Below, piece by piece: positions 8,901-17,085 of a DNA stretch of 64,000 bases. Positions within the stretch are counted from its first letter, which is position 1. Every line of letters begins with the position of its first letter. The notes under the pieces are model-generated. The model was not told where the DNA came from. It did no database searches and was given only the letters and a program-made list of their open reading frames with translations. This DNA is from Candidatus Latescibacterota bacterium. Its GTDB lineage: Bacteria > Latescibacterota > UBA2968 > UBA8231. The stretch lies in NCBI GenBank assembly GCA_965203175.1, contig OZ241867.1:2624001-2688000 (forward strand), given 5' to 3'. The position numbers were made by a program, and so were the translations under genes.

Positions 8901-10003
8901 AAGACCGCTGCTTCCCATTGACGCCGAAAGACTTCGCCCGCGTGAATCCGAATACTGGCACCGCTCCGGTATTCCGTAGTCGGCGAGATGCGGAGATCAC
9001 GCGGCGCATCTACAAGCAGCATCCGGTGTTGGTGAAGCGTCTGCAAAATAAAAAGAAGCGTGCTTGGCGGGTGAAGTACGCCACAATGTTTCACATGGCC
9101 AATGACTCCCACCTCTTCCGCACTTCCGAGCAACTCGAAGCCGAAGGTTTCTATCCTGTCGAGGGCAACCGCTGGAAACGGGGCGAGGAACTGTATTTAC
9201 CGCTGTACCAGGGCCGGATGATTCGTCAGTTCGACCATCGAGCCAATTCGGTGAAATACAACCCAGACAACACTATAAATCCGTATCTGAGCGTCGCTGT
9301 CACTGAAGCCGAACACGCCGATCCAGCATTTAGCCCCATGACACAATATTGGGTTCTAGAACAGGAAGTGAGTGGCAATATGCCCGACAGGCTTAGCTGG
9401 ACTATTGCGTATAGGCGTATAGCACGTCCAACAGATGCTAGAACCATGATTGCAGCCGCTGTACCAAAAATCGGCTTGAGTGACAGCATCTTCCTTTTGA
9501 TGCCGGAGAAAAATTTTTCCGCAGCCGACGCTTGCCTACTCATTGCGAATCTCAACAGCTATTGCTTCGATTATGTGACGCGCCACAAAATGCCCGGAAC
9601 CAATCTGAGTTGGTACATCGTCGAGCAACTCCCCGTCATCGCCCCCGCCGACTACGACCGCTCCTTCGGCGCGACAACCGCCCGAGACCTCGTCCGCGAC
9701 CACGTCCTCCGCCTCACGTACACCGCCCACGACATGGCTCCTTTCGCCCGCGACCTCGGCTACGACGGCGAGCCCTTCATCTGGGACGAAGAGGAACGCC
9801 GCCACCTCCGCGCCCGCCTCGACGCGCTCTACTTCCACCTCTATGGACTGTCGCGGGACGACGCCGAATACGTGCTCGACACCTTCCCCATCGTCCGCCG
9901 CGAAGACGAAGCCGCCTTTGGAACATACCGCACCCGCGATATGACGCTGGCGTATATGAATGCGCTGGCAGCGGGGGATACGGAAGCGGTGGTGGCGGTG
10001 TAG
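5999..10003 (+). CDS. Type IIG (Eco57I-like) restriction-modification enzyme, fused nuclease-MTase-TRD
   Basis: N-terminal PD...EESK nuclease motif, GSFYT, VLDPAMGSGHFL (motif I), VIGNPPW (motif IV, N6-adenine MTase) and a C-terminal TRD region. Confidence 0.92.
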   Translation: MTGQLFTHYFLTDGIKATAEWQASLAQPEAFIAFKDGVARHHDALSRSRNPNEARTEEELIRPVLELLGWTEYVPQPSAAGHEDIPDHLLFADADSKARAGNPFQYATVVEESKRFGLALDSRDRKDRAQRGTPHGQILRYLATAEIESEGRIRWGILSNGSIWRLYDYRARPRASGYFEADLAELLQPGKEDDLRVFHLLFRLESFTLRDGATSTFLEEALAEGRRYEEQVAQDLSGVVFERVFPNLVNALVQKSEESLVASRDAALIFLYRLLFVLYAEDRGLLPVNDERYDDYGLRKPVRDDIASRMAADDTYSAIATNYYDHLTTLFKLIDKGDESIGLPPYNGGLFAVEAAPLLETVRLADEEIAPIIYDLSHAEDSQGVRRFVNYRDMSVQQLGSIYERLLEREPVRDDDGNISIRPNPYARKDSGSFYTSQELVDLIVERTLKPLAEERLQAFEDKAAELKSERQSKQERREELEQLDPAEAVLDLKVLDPAMGSGHFLVTAVDFLSDYIAELIEYVPSVPAWLDGEYASPLVGRVAAIREDIRKRANESNWVLGEAQLTDQAIIRRMVLKRCIYGVDKNRLTVELAKVSLWLHSFTVGAPLSFLDHHLRCGDSLVGLRVRDATDELHRLGGMFASSAIAGAETATDGMQRIEEMSDADVAEVQESAELFDGVEETTADLRGLLDFLCGWRWLTAGMKRDERAEFEEPLVRTLGQHTANAYELLAQGPAENISDFSELWHKATSIANREDFLHWEVAFPGVWHRWQESRPQGGFDAVIGNPPWDRIKLQEVEWFATRDRELALAPTAATRRKGIQQLRKQGASLAAEFDAAKAQAESLSQMVRSGGDYPLLSSGDINLYSLFVERSMSLIKPDGFVGLLTPSGIYADKTAARFFQSISTSGRIGGLFDFENRRLGTDLPPFFPDVDSRFKFCALIVGGEERRFDQTECAFFLHDTKTVHDEDRCFPLTPKDFARVNPNTGTAPVFRSRRDAEITRRIYKQHPVLVKRLQNKKKRAWRVKYATMFHMANDSHLFRTSEQLEAEGFYPVEGNRWKRGEELYLPLYQGRMIRQFDHRANSVKYNPDNTINPYLSVAVTEAEHADPAFSPMTQYWVLEQEVSGNMPDRLSWTIAYRRIARPTDARTMIAAAVPKIGLSDSIFLLMPEKNFSAADACLLIANLNSYCFDYVTRHKMPGTNLSWYIVEQLPVIAPADYDRSFGATTARDLVRDHVLRLTYTAHDMAPFARDLGYDGEPFIWDEEERRHLRARLDALYFHLYGLSRDDAEYVLDTFPIVRREDEAAFGTYRTRDMTLAYMNALAAGDTEAVVAV

Positions 10004-10162
10004 ATGGGCGACAGCGGTGCTTGACAGGGTTTGGGCGATCCGAGACGTTAAACGTAACAGGCTTTTGGGACGGGGCAGTATCCATCAACAGCTTCACTGA
10101 AGAGTGAATGCGGATTCCTGCAACAATGCCTATAATTACCCACACTACATGGAGTCCGTAGC

Positions 10163-10447
10163 ATGGATATTGGATTTATATGGGATGAAGACAAATACCA
10201 AAAAGTCCAAGAGGAGCACCGAGTCCAGTTTTATGAGGCCGTTTCCGCATTTGACGATCCAGACGGATACGAAGCCGCAGATCCAGCGGGGCATGAAGAT
10301 CGGTGGATTCGGATAGGGGCAACCGCCAGTGGTCGGGTACTGGCCATAGTTTGCTCTGAAGAAGATTTACCACTCTACCGTTTTATCACCGCATTTGAAG
10401 CAGAAGGAAGATGGCTTGATGAATACTACACAAGAGACAGAATTTGA
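10163..10447 (+). CDS. BrnT-family toxin
   Basis: FIWDEDKYQKVQEEHRVQFYEAVSAFDDP...EDRWIRIG...RFITAF. TATAAT at 10130. Confidence 0.8.
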   Translation: MDIGFIWDEDKYQKVQEEHRVQFYEAVSAFDDPDGYEAADPAGHEDRWIRIGATASGRVLAIVCSEEDLPLYRFITAFEAEGRWLDEYYTRDRI

Positions 10448-11957
10448 TTATCAAAAGCATATGAAAGAAAGTGCACGAGGGCCAAGCGAGATTAATCGTG
10501 GAACAAAGGCGCGTGAAAAACGACGCGAGGCTGCCAAGGCTCGGATTTCTCAAAACGGCCAGTTAAGCAGAGTTTTGGAAAAAATTCAGGAGATCGCGGA
10601 AAAATCAGCCGATGGCGATTACATCTACCGTGGAGAACCTGAATGCTACTGTAAAGTATCTTCAAGTCTTTATCGTAAATACTCAAAAATTGATGCCGAG
10701 CATTTTGATATTGAGGTTGTCCAAGACGAAATTCTGAAGGAAGCCAAAAGATTCACTCGCGAAATCGACGACTTTGAGATTCTGACCGAACTCCAACACT
10801 ACGGCTATAATACCAATCTGATCGACTTTACCACCGATTGCCATATCGCTCTTTTCTTTGCCTGCTACCTCAATTTCGACCGAGACGGACGTATCGTCCT
10901 ACTCCAAAAAACAAATTCCTATGTCGTCGAACCACGGAGTCCGATCAATCGCATCATCTCCCAGAAGAGCATATTCGTGCGGCCTCCCAAGGGTTTTATT
11001 CCACCTGACCGCGTAATCAACATTCCCAAAGACCTTAAAAAGTCCATCTTAGACTACTTGAGTAAGTACCACGGCATATCTATAGAGACAATATACAACG
11101 ACCTTCATGGCTTTATCAGATACCAGAATGTTCATCAAAGCGCCTATGCGGAGTTTTACACCAGTCTTACTTTCCAGAATGAGAGGGACTACCCAAAAGC
11201 CATCGAACATTATAGTAGAGCCATTGAACTCAATCCGCGACTGGTCGAAGCCTATAATAATCGCGGTATTGCTTACAGGGCTATAGGCGAGGTTGACCGC
11301 GCTATTGAAGACTACGACAAGACGATAGAACTAAACCCAAAGTATGCTGAAGCCTATTATAATCGAGGTGTTGCTTATATAGATGATAAAGGCGAGATTG
11401 ACCGTGCTATTGAAAACTACGACAAGACGATAGAACTAAATCCAAAATATGCCGAAGTCTATTACAGTCGCGGTATTGCTTACTTCAAAAAAAGCAAGGT
11501 TGACCGTGCTATTGAAGACTACAGCAAGGCAATAGAATTAAATCCAAAATATGCCGAAGCCTATAGTAATCGCGGTGTTGCTTACATCAACAAAGGCAAG
11601 GATGACCGTGCTATTGAAGACTTTAGCAAGGCGATAGAACTGAACCCGGAGCATACTAAGGTCCATTACAATCGTGGCAATTTTTACATCAACAAAGGCA
11701 AGTTTGATCTTGCTATTAAAGACTATAGTAAGGCAATAGAACTGAACCCAAAGTATACCGAGGCCTATTACAATCGCGGCATGTGTTGGCTGCACTTGAA
11801 AGATTGGCAGGAAGCCAAATCAGATCTAACAGTTGCCAAGAGCATGGGCATGGATATTATCGCAGTATTTCGTATCACCTACAGAAACGGTGAGGATTTT
11901 GAGCAGAAAAATGGTGTTCAGTTACCGGAATACATCGCGGCTATGCTGACGCCATAA
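10419..11957 (+). CDS. FRG-domain + TPR protein with an N-terminal antitoxin-like 44-aa segment
   Basis: YIYRGE, LQHYGYNTNLIDFT and IALFFAC (FRG), followed by about six 34-aa TPRs (AIEDYSKAIELNPKYAEAY). The start overlaps the brnT 3' end. Confidence 0.85.
   Translation: MNTTQETEFDYQKHMKESARGPSEINRGTKAREKRREAAKARISQNGQLSRVLEKIQEIAEKSADGDYIYRGEPECYCKVSSSLYRKYSKIDAEHFDIEVVQDEILKEAKRFTREIDDFEILTELQHYGYNTNLIDFTTDCHIALFFACYLNFDRDGRIVLLQKTNSYVVEPRSPINRIISQKSIFVRPPKGFIPPDRVINIPKDLKKSILDYLSKYHGISIETIYNDLHGFIRYQNVHQSAYAEFYTSLTFQNERDYPKAIEHYSRAIELNPRLVEAYNNRGIAYRAIGEVDRAIEDYDKTIELNPKYAEAYYNRGVAYIDDKGEIDRAIENYDKTIELNPKYAEVYYSRGIAYFKKSKVDRAIEDYSKAIELNPKYAEAYSNRGVAYINKGKDDRAIEDFSKAIELNPEHTKVHYNRGNFYINKGKFDLAIKDYSKAIELNPKYTEAYYNRGMCWLHLKDWQEAKSDLTVAKSMGMDIIAVFRITYRNGEDFEQKNGVQLPEYIAAMLTP
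11190..11800 (+). repeat. Coding tandem repeats of about 102 bp (TPR units)
   Basis: gaccgtgctattgaagacta / atagaactaaatccaaaatatgccgaag units recur at a 102-105 bp period. Confidence 0.85.
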
Positions 11958-11972
11958 TAGAGACACGGCGCG

Positions 11973-12239
11973 ATGAAGAGAACATTGACCATTGACTATA
12001 ACGATGAGGTCCTACTCGCCCTCGGATGTTCACCTAAGCAGTTCAATGAAGAGGCCAAGCTCCTCGTCGCCGTCAAGCTCTACGAGTTGGGCCGATTGTC
12101 CTCGGGGGCGGCAGCCAAGCTGGCCGACATTCCCAAACCCTCGTTCCTGATGAAGTTAGCCGACTACGGCGTCGATGCCTTCCACCTGACCGAGGAAGAC
12201 CTCCAACAGGACTTGGATAGTGCCCGCCGCCATCTGTAA
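11973..12239 (+). CDS. UPF0175-family antitoxin
   Basis: AVKLYELGRLSSGAAAKLADIPKPSFLMKLADYGV signature. Confidence 0.85.
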   Translation: MKRTLTIDYNDEVLLALGCSPKQFNEEAKLLVAVKLYELGRLSSGAAAKLADIPKPSFLMKLADYGVDAFHLTEEDLQQDLDSARRHL

Positions 12240-12294
12240 TACTTCTTTCCCCCTCCAGTACCTGCACCAAGCCGAAGTGTTGGAAAGTAGATGA
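12220..12294 (+). pseudogene. Truncated DUF3368 PIN toxin (24 codons)
   Basis: GTG-PAAICNTSFPLQYLHQAEVLESR-stop resembles the NTSPLxYL start of DUF3368, the usual UPF0175 partner. Confidence 0.7.
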
Positions 12295-12372
12295 CTCGTT
12301 GACTTAGTTCAAGATTTAGCGGTACATTTCATCAGTTCAAAACTCTCGCCCTCGAAAGAAGGTGCTAACGCT

Positions 12373-13506
12373 ATGTCCCAAGAACGACTCGACGACCGCC
12401 TACATCTTCCAAGCCTGTCGATAAAAGGGTTCCGGGGAATCAAGGAGCTTTCCATTGAGCGATTGGGCCGCGTGACGCTGTTGGCGGGCAAGAACAGCGT
12501 CGGCAAGACGACCGTTTTAGATGCCGTCCGAGTCTATGCGGCGCGGGGTTATTATCGCGCTCTGGCCAGCGTCTTGGAAAGCCATGAAGAAGTAGCTGCA
12601 CTTACCGACGGAACCGGCCAAGAGCAAGTCGGTCCTTATTTGGAAGGCATATTCCACGGACGGGACGCTTCTCAGGGAGCCTTCCTCTCGATAGGTCCGA
12701 GAGACGGTTCAGATCAGTTCGTAATTGAAACAGGCATCCCACAGGAAGATTCTCACTCTACGCAGCAAATTCCCTTTTCTTTTTTAAATCCTTCAGTACG
12801 AACTTTCAGAGTTATGTTTCAAGGCCAAGATCTGGCAAACTCTTGGTTTTTCTCCCCCTATGCCTTGAGTACCAAAATAGCCAAGAGCCGTCGTGTATAT
12901 CAGTCTATGGGAGGTTTTTCATCCAACGAACGATCTACCCCAATAGCATGTCAGTCTATGGGGCCAGAGTTGCTGAGTAACGACACAATCGTGGAGCTTT
13001 GGGACACTATCGCGCTTACTGACGATGAGGACAGAGTAATAAATGCTCTACGGCCTATTCTCGGTGACCAAGTGAAGCGCATTGCAGTAATCGGCGATAA
13101 ACATAACAGGGGGCGAGTTGTCGCCAAGATCCAAGGTCAAACTTTTCCGATCCCTTTGAAAAGTCTGGGCGATGGGGCACTGCGTCTGTTTGGTGTTGCT
13201 TTAGTACTCATCAATAGCCGTGACAGCTTCTTGCTCATCGACGAAGCCGAAAACGGCATCCACCATTCCGTCCAGCCTGATTTCTGGCGCATGGTCTTTA
13301 AGACCGCCGATGCAAACAACGTCCAAGTCATTGCAACGACGCACAGCTTTGACTGCGTGCGCGGCTTTGCACAAGCAGCAGTCGAGTGCGAGGAAGTTGA
13401 AGGGGCACTTGTGCGTATCGAACGAAAAGATGAGGAGATGTGGGCGGTCGAGTATTCGGAACGCGATCTCAGGATCGCCGCTGAACAACGTATTGAGGTG
13501 AGGTAG
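12373..13506 (+). CDS. ABC-type ATPase (AAA_15/AAA_21 family)
   Basis: GKNSVGKT, SLGDG, LLIDEAENGIH and ATTHS. Confidence 0.9.
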   Translation: MSQERLDDRLHLPSLSIKGFRGIKELSIERLGRVTLLAGKNSVGKTTVLDAVRVYAARGYYRALASVLESHEEVAALTDGTGQEQVGPYLEGIFHGRDASQGAFLSIGPRDGSDQFVIETGIPQEDSHSTQQIPFSFLNPSVRTFRVMFQGQDLANSWFFSPYALSTKIAKSRRVYQSMGGFSSNERSTPIACQSMGPELLSNDTIVELWDTIALTDDEDRVINALRPILGDQVKRIAVIGDKHNRGRVVAKIQGQTFPIPLKSLGDGALRLFGVALVLINSRDSFLLIDEAENGIHHSVQPDFWRMVFKTADANNVQVIATTHSFDCVRGFAQAAVECEEVEGALVRIERKDEEMWAVEYSERDLRIAAEQRIEVR

Positions 13507-14121
13507 ATGGATAACAATGACCGCGTCCTCCTAGTTGAAGGACAAGACGACGAGCATGTTGTTCGACATCTGTGTCTCCGCAGCCAACCAATGCCGCCAT
13601 TCCACATAGAGAATAAGCTCAGCGTAGATACTCTCCTTGACTCCATTAAACAGGAAGTCAGAGTTCCTGACCGCAACGCCGTCGGCATCCTCGTGGACGC
13701 GAATGACGATTTGAACGCCCGTTGGAGTGCTGTCGCGAACAGGCTCCGAGAGGGAAATATCGAGGTGCCTCGTACCCCTGAACCAACTGGAACTCTCATA
13801 GAAGGCACCAGCCGCATCCCTCGCGTCGGCATCTGGTTGATGCCCGACAACACATCGCCCGGTGAACTCGAAAATTTCGTCTCAGAGATGATTCCCAACG
13901 ACGATCCAGTATGGCCGCGATCCCAGAGCTACATTGACGGCATTCCAAAGTCTGACCGAAAGTTTATCGAGAAAAAGATACCACGAGCTAAGGTCCACGC
14001 TTGGTTGGCGACGAGAGAAGAGCCTAGGAAAATGGGCGTCGCCATTCGCGCACAGGATTTGCGCGTGGATGGACCTCTCAGCACGAGATTCGCAAATTGG
14101 CTACGGCAACTGTTTGAGTGA
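13507..14121 (+). CDS. DUF3226-like TOPRIM-fold protein
   Basis: LLVEGQDD, ILVDAND, WLMPDN...GELENF and KAKVHAWL-like motif. Starts immediately after the ATPase stop. Confidence 0.8.
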   Translation: MDNNDRVLLVEGQDDEHVVRHLCLRSQPMPPFHIENKLSVDTLLDSIKQEVRVPDRNAVGILVDANDDLNARWSAVANRLREGNIEVPRTPEPTGTLIEGTSRIPRVGIWLMPDNTSPGELENFVSEMIPNDDPVWPRSQSYIDGIPKSDRKFIEKKIPRAKVHAWLATREEPRKMGVAIRAQDLRVDGPLSTRFANWLRQLFE

Positions 14122-14144
14122 AACGCTGGCGGCTGAGGAAAAAG

Positions 14145-14429
14145 ATGATGACGCACAAAGAATTGATCGCAAAAATGCGGTCGCAGCCCGGATACAAAGA
14201 AAAGTATGATGAAGCAGCACCCGAATTTGAATTGCTGCGCAAGATGCTTGAAGCGCGAAAACGCGCTGGCCTGACTCAAGAGCAAGTAGCTGAGAAGATG
14301 GGCACGAAGGCGACGGCGATTACCCGCTTAGAGTCTGCCAACAGCGAGCACTCTCCCAAAGTTGAAACACTGCGAAGATACGCTGAGGCTGTAGGATGTC
14401 GGCTCAACATTGAGTTGATCCCTGATTGA
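14145..14429 (+). CDS. XRE/HigA-like HTH protein (orphan antitoxin)
   Basis: ARKRAGLTQEQVAEKMGTKATAITRLES...TLRRYAEAVG. Confidence 0.85.
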   Translation: MMTHKELIAKMRSQPGYKEKYDEAAPEFELLRKMLEARKRAGLTQEQVAEKMGTKATAITRLESANSEHSPKVETLRRYAEAVGCRLNIELIPD

Positions 14430-14437
14430 TCCGTGTC

Positions 14438-14457
14438 GGCGTATATGAATGCACTGG
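14438..14457 (+). repeat. Direct copy of the type IIG gene 3' end (9949-9968)
   Basis: ggcgtatatgaatgcactgg vs ggcgtatatgaatgcgctgg (19/20). Confidence 0.8.
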
Positions 14458-14491
14458 TGGAGTAGAGACACACGGACGTCGCCGTCAAGCG

Positions 14492-15271
14492 CTACAAGTT
14501 GGGGCGGTTGTCCTCGCCCTCCCCTCGGTATGCCAACATATCCTCGTAGCGCAGCCCCGTGCCCCCGAAAATATCCAGCGCCGCTCCCACCGTAAAATCC
14601 AGTTTCCCTTGGCCGAGCTTGCGGAGGACCGCGATGTCCTCGGTGCTGCTCACGCCGCCGGCATACGTCGTCGGGATGGGCGCGATCTCGCCCAAGAGCG
14701 CGACGAGTTCGGCATCGATCCCTTGCTGCTTGCCTTCGACCCCAGTGGCGTGAATGAGGAATTCGCTGCAAGACTCGGCGAGGAGCGCTAAGTTGTCCGC
14801 GCTGATAGCAAAATCCGTGGCCTTTTGCCAGCGGTCGGTCATCACCACGTAGCGCCCGTCGCGGTTGCTGCAACTGAGGTCTAAGACCAGCCGGTCGCGC
14901 CCCACCGCAGCTACCATTTGAGCCAGCCGGTTGTGGTGGAGTTGGCCGTCGCTGAAGACGTAGGAAGTGACGATCACCTGCGCGGCACCACGGCTGAGCC
15001 AAGCCGTGGCGTTGTCGAGGCGGATGCCGCCGCCGACCTGCAAGCCCCCGGGGAAAGCGGCCAGCGCCTGTGCGGCTGCGTCCTCGTTGCCCGGACCGAG
15101 CATGATGACGTGGCCGCCGAAAAGCTGGTCGCGGCCATAGCGCGCCGCAAAGTACGCAGGCGGATGGGAGGCGGTGAAGTGGGTTTGGGGGGCGCTGCCG
15201 TCGCGTAGGCTGGTGCCGACGATCTGCTTGACTTGCCCCTCGTGCAGGTCGATACAGGGCCGGAAGCGCAT
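14492..15271 (-). CDS. hisA: ProFAR isomerase, His6/eukaryote-like type
   Basis: FRPCIDLHEGQVKQIVG, GGHVIMLG, LQVGGGI, DLSC, EFLIHA and DFTVGAALDIFGG. Confidence 0.9.
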   Translation of the reverse strand: MRFRPCIDLHEGQVKQIVGTSLRDGSAPQTHFTASHPPAYFAARYGRDQLFGGHVIMLGPGNEDAAAQALAAFPGGLQVGGGIRLDNATAWLSRGAAQVIVTSYVFSDGQLHHNRLAQMVAAVGRDRLVLDLSCSNRDGRYVVMTDRWQKATDFAISADNLALLAESCSEFLIHATGVEGKQQGIDAELVALLGEIAPIPTTYAGGVSSTEDIAVLRKLGQGKLDFTVGAALDIFGGTGLRYEDMLAYRGEGEDNRPNL

Positions 15272-16368
15272 CAGCGGTCGCAGCGGTATTCTGCGAGTGC
15301 GTCCTCGTCGAGGGTGACACCGAGGCCCGGGCCGGCTGGCGGGAGGATGTACCCGTCGGCGATGGGCAGCTTTTCGCGGATGACGTCGCCGCTGTGATAG
15401 ACGCAGCCGTTCACGTCGCTGGCGTAGCCCAAGTTGGGCATGGCAAAGGCGAGATGGGCTTGGGCCGCGGTGCCGATCCCCAGCTCGGGCATGCTGCCGA
15501 TGATACAGGGCAGGCGCGCCGCCTCGGCAATGGCGAAAATGCGCGCGGCTGCTCCCAAGCCGCCGGCTTCCGACACGTACACGTTGAAGACATCGACGGC
15601 TTGGTGGCGGACACAGTTGAGGGCGTCGGCCGGAGTCCAGACGCTCTCGTCGGCCATGATGGGCAGCGAGACGCGCTCGCGGACAAAGCGCAATCCCTCT
15701 AAGTCGTCGGCTGCCAAGGGCTGCTCGACTAGTTCCAAGTCAAAGTCCGCGATTGCCTCGATGCAGCGCACGGCTTCCTTGGCGGAGGACCAGCCCATGT
15801 TGGCATCTACGCGCAGGACGATCTCGCTGCCGACTGCGCAGCGCACGGCTGCGAGTACGGCTAGGTCGGCGCGAAGGTCTCGCCCGATCTTGGCCTTGAG
15901 GGTTTTGTACCCTTGCGCCACTAGGCTCTGGGCTTGGGCGGCGATGGCCTCGGGGTCGCCCATGGACAGCGAATGGCTCAGCAGCACGCGGTCGCGGACT
16001 TGGCCGCCCAGCAGTTGGTAGACGGGCACGTCGCAGGCTTTGCCGACTAGGTCGTAGAGGGCCATTTCAATGCCGGCCTTGGCTGGGAAGGAGCGGTGCA
16101 GGAGTTGATTCATGCGGTCGGCGATCTCGCGGATGCGGCGCGGGTCTAAGCCGCAGAGCACATCGGCGAGCAGCCCGTTGATGGCCTCGCTTTCTCCGCG
16201 TCCGCGGCGGTCCCAGATGCTGGAGGCTTCGCCGAGGCCGGTGAGGCCAGCGTCGGTGTGGATTAAGACGACGGCGTTTTCAGAGGCTTGGTGCGTGCCG
16301 AGGCTGCTTTGGAACGGCTGCGGCCTGGGCACGCGCACGGGTATGGCTTCGATGTGGGTGATTTTCAT
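15271..16368 (-). CDS. Muconate cycloisomerase-like enolase superfamily enzyme
   Basis: KAKIG, RVDAN, VEQP, MADES and GPGLGV. Confidence 0.85.
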   Translation of the reverse strand: MKITHIEAIPVRVPRPQPFQSSLGTHQASENAVVLIHTDAGLTGLGEASSIWDRRGRGESEAINGLLADVLCGLDPRRIREIADRMNQLLHRSFPAKAGIEMALYDLVGKACDVPVYQLLGGQVRDRVLLSHSLSMGDPEAIAAQAQSLVAQGYKTLKAKIGRDLRADLAVLAAVRCAVGSEIVLRVDANMGWSSAKEAVRCIEAIADFDLELVEQPLAADDLEGLRFVRERVSLPIMADESVWTPADALNCVRHQAVDVFNVYVSEAGGLGAAARIFAIAEAARLPCIIGSMPELGIGTAAQAHLAFAMPNLGYASDVNGCVYHSGDVIREKLPIADGYILPPAGPGLGVTLDEDALAEYRCDR

Positions 16369-16934
16369 GGGATCAGGTGGCGATAGATGCTGAGGGTGGT
16401 GTTGCCGTAGGTTCGCTGCTGGGTGAGCGAGAGGTGACCGCTCTGTTCGGGCACGTCCAAGTCGATTTGGTGCTGTACGAACAGCAGGCCCTCGTCGTTA
16501 AAGAGCGGGGATTCCCCGAGGGCTTCGATGAGGCCCAGCAGGAGCGGGGCACCGCAGTAGCGAGCGTGGTACGGGGGATCGGCATACACGATGTCGAAGC
16601 GGCGGCCGGCTGCTACCAGTTGGGGGATGAGGTGTTGGGCCTTGACCGAGTGCAGGCCCGCGACGCCAGCCTTCCATTGGTAGAGCAGCGAGCGGATCTG
16701 CCGCCGCCGCTGGTGATCTGGCTCGTTGAGCTCGACGCTCGCGCCCCGGCTCAGCGCTTCGAGCCCCATCTGGCCCGAACCAGCACACAAATCGAGGAAG
16801 GTACGGCCTTTCAGGTTGGGGCCGAGCATGGAGAATACGGCTTCTTTGAGGCGCGTGGAGGTGAGGCGGATCTGGCGCAGGCGTCGCCCGGAGGGAATCT
16901 GCCGACCGCGATAGGTGCCAGTGACAATGCGCAC
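16365..16934 (-). CDS. rsmD: RsmD-family RNA methyltransferase
   Basis: MRIVTGTYRGR, FLDLCAGSGQMGLEALSRGA and DPPY. Confidence 0.8.
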   Translation of the reverse strand: MRIVTGTYRGRQIPSGRRLRQIRLTSTRLKEAVFSMLGPNLKGRTFLDLCAGSGQMGLEALSRGASVELNEPDHQRRRQIRSLLYQWKAGVAGLHSVKAQHLIPQLVAAGRRFDIVYADPPYHARYCGAPLLLGLIEALGESPLFNDEGLLFVQHQIDLDVPEQSGHLSLTQQRTYGNTTLSIYRHLIP

Positions 16935-17085
16935 GGCTAAGCCTTGAGTTGGAGTTTATTTGGACAAAAAGTATCGCGGTTGGGGCGAGCAGCGTCAAGT
17001 TGTGGGTTGCGGGCGATGGGGGAAGTTTGAAGTTTGAATCAGGTATTCTTCTCTTGAGGGATTCGATGGGAGGTATAATCAAGCA

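Noticed and set aside
11190-11800. Periodic DNA repeats as an array or DGR template/variable pair
   Set aside because: Explained by in-frame TPR units; no reverse transcriptase is present.
5872-14491. Integron cassette array
   Set aside because: Genes are co-oriented, but I found no attC-like GTTRRRY/RYYYAAC pairs at the junctions and no integrase.
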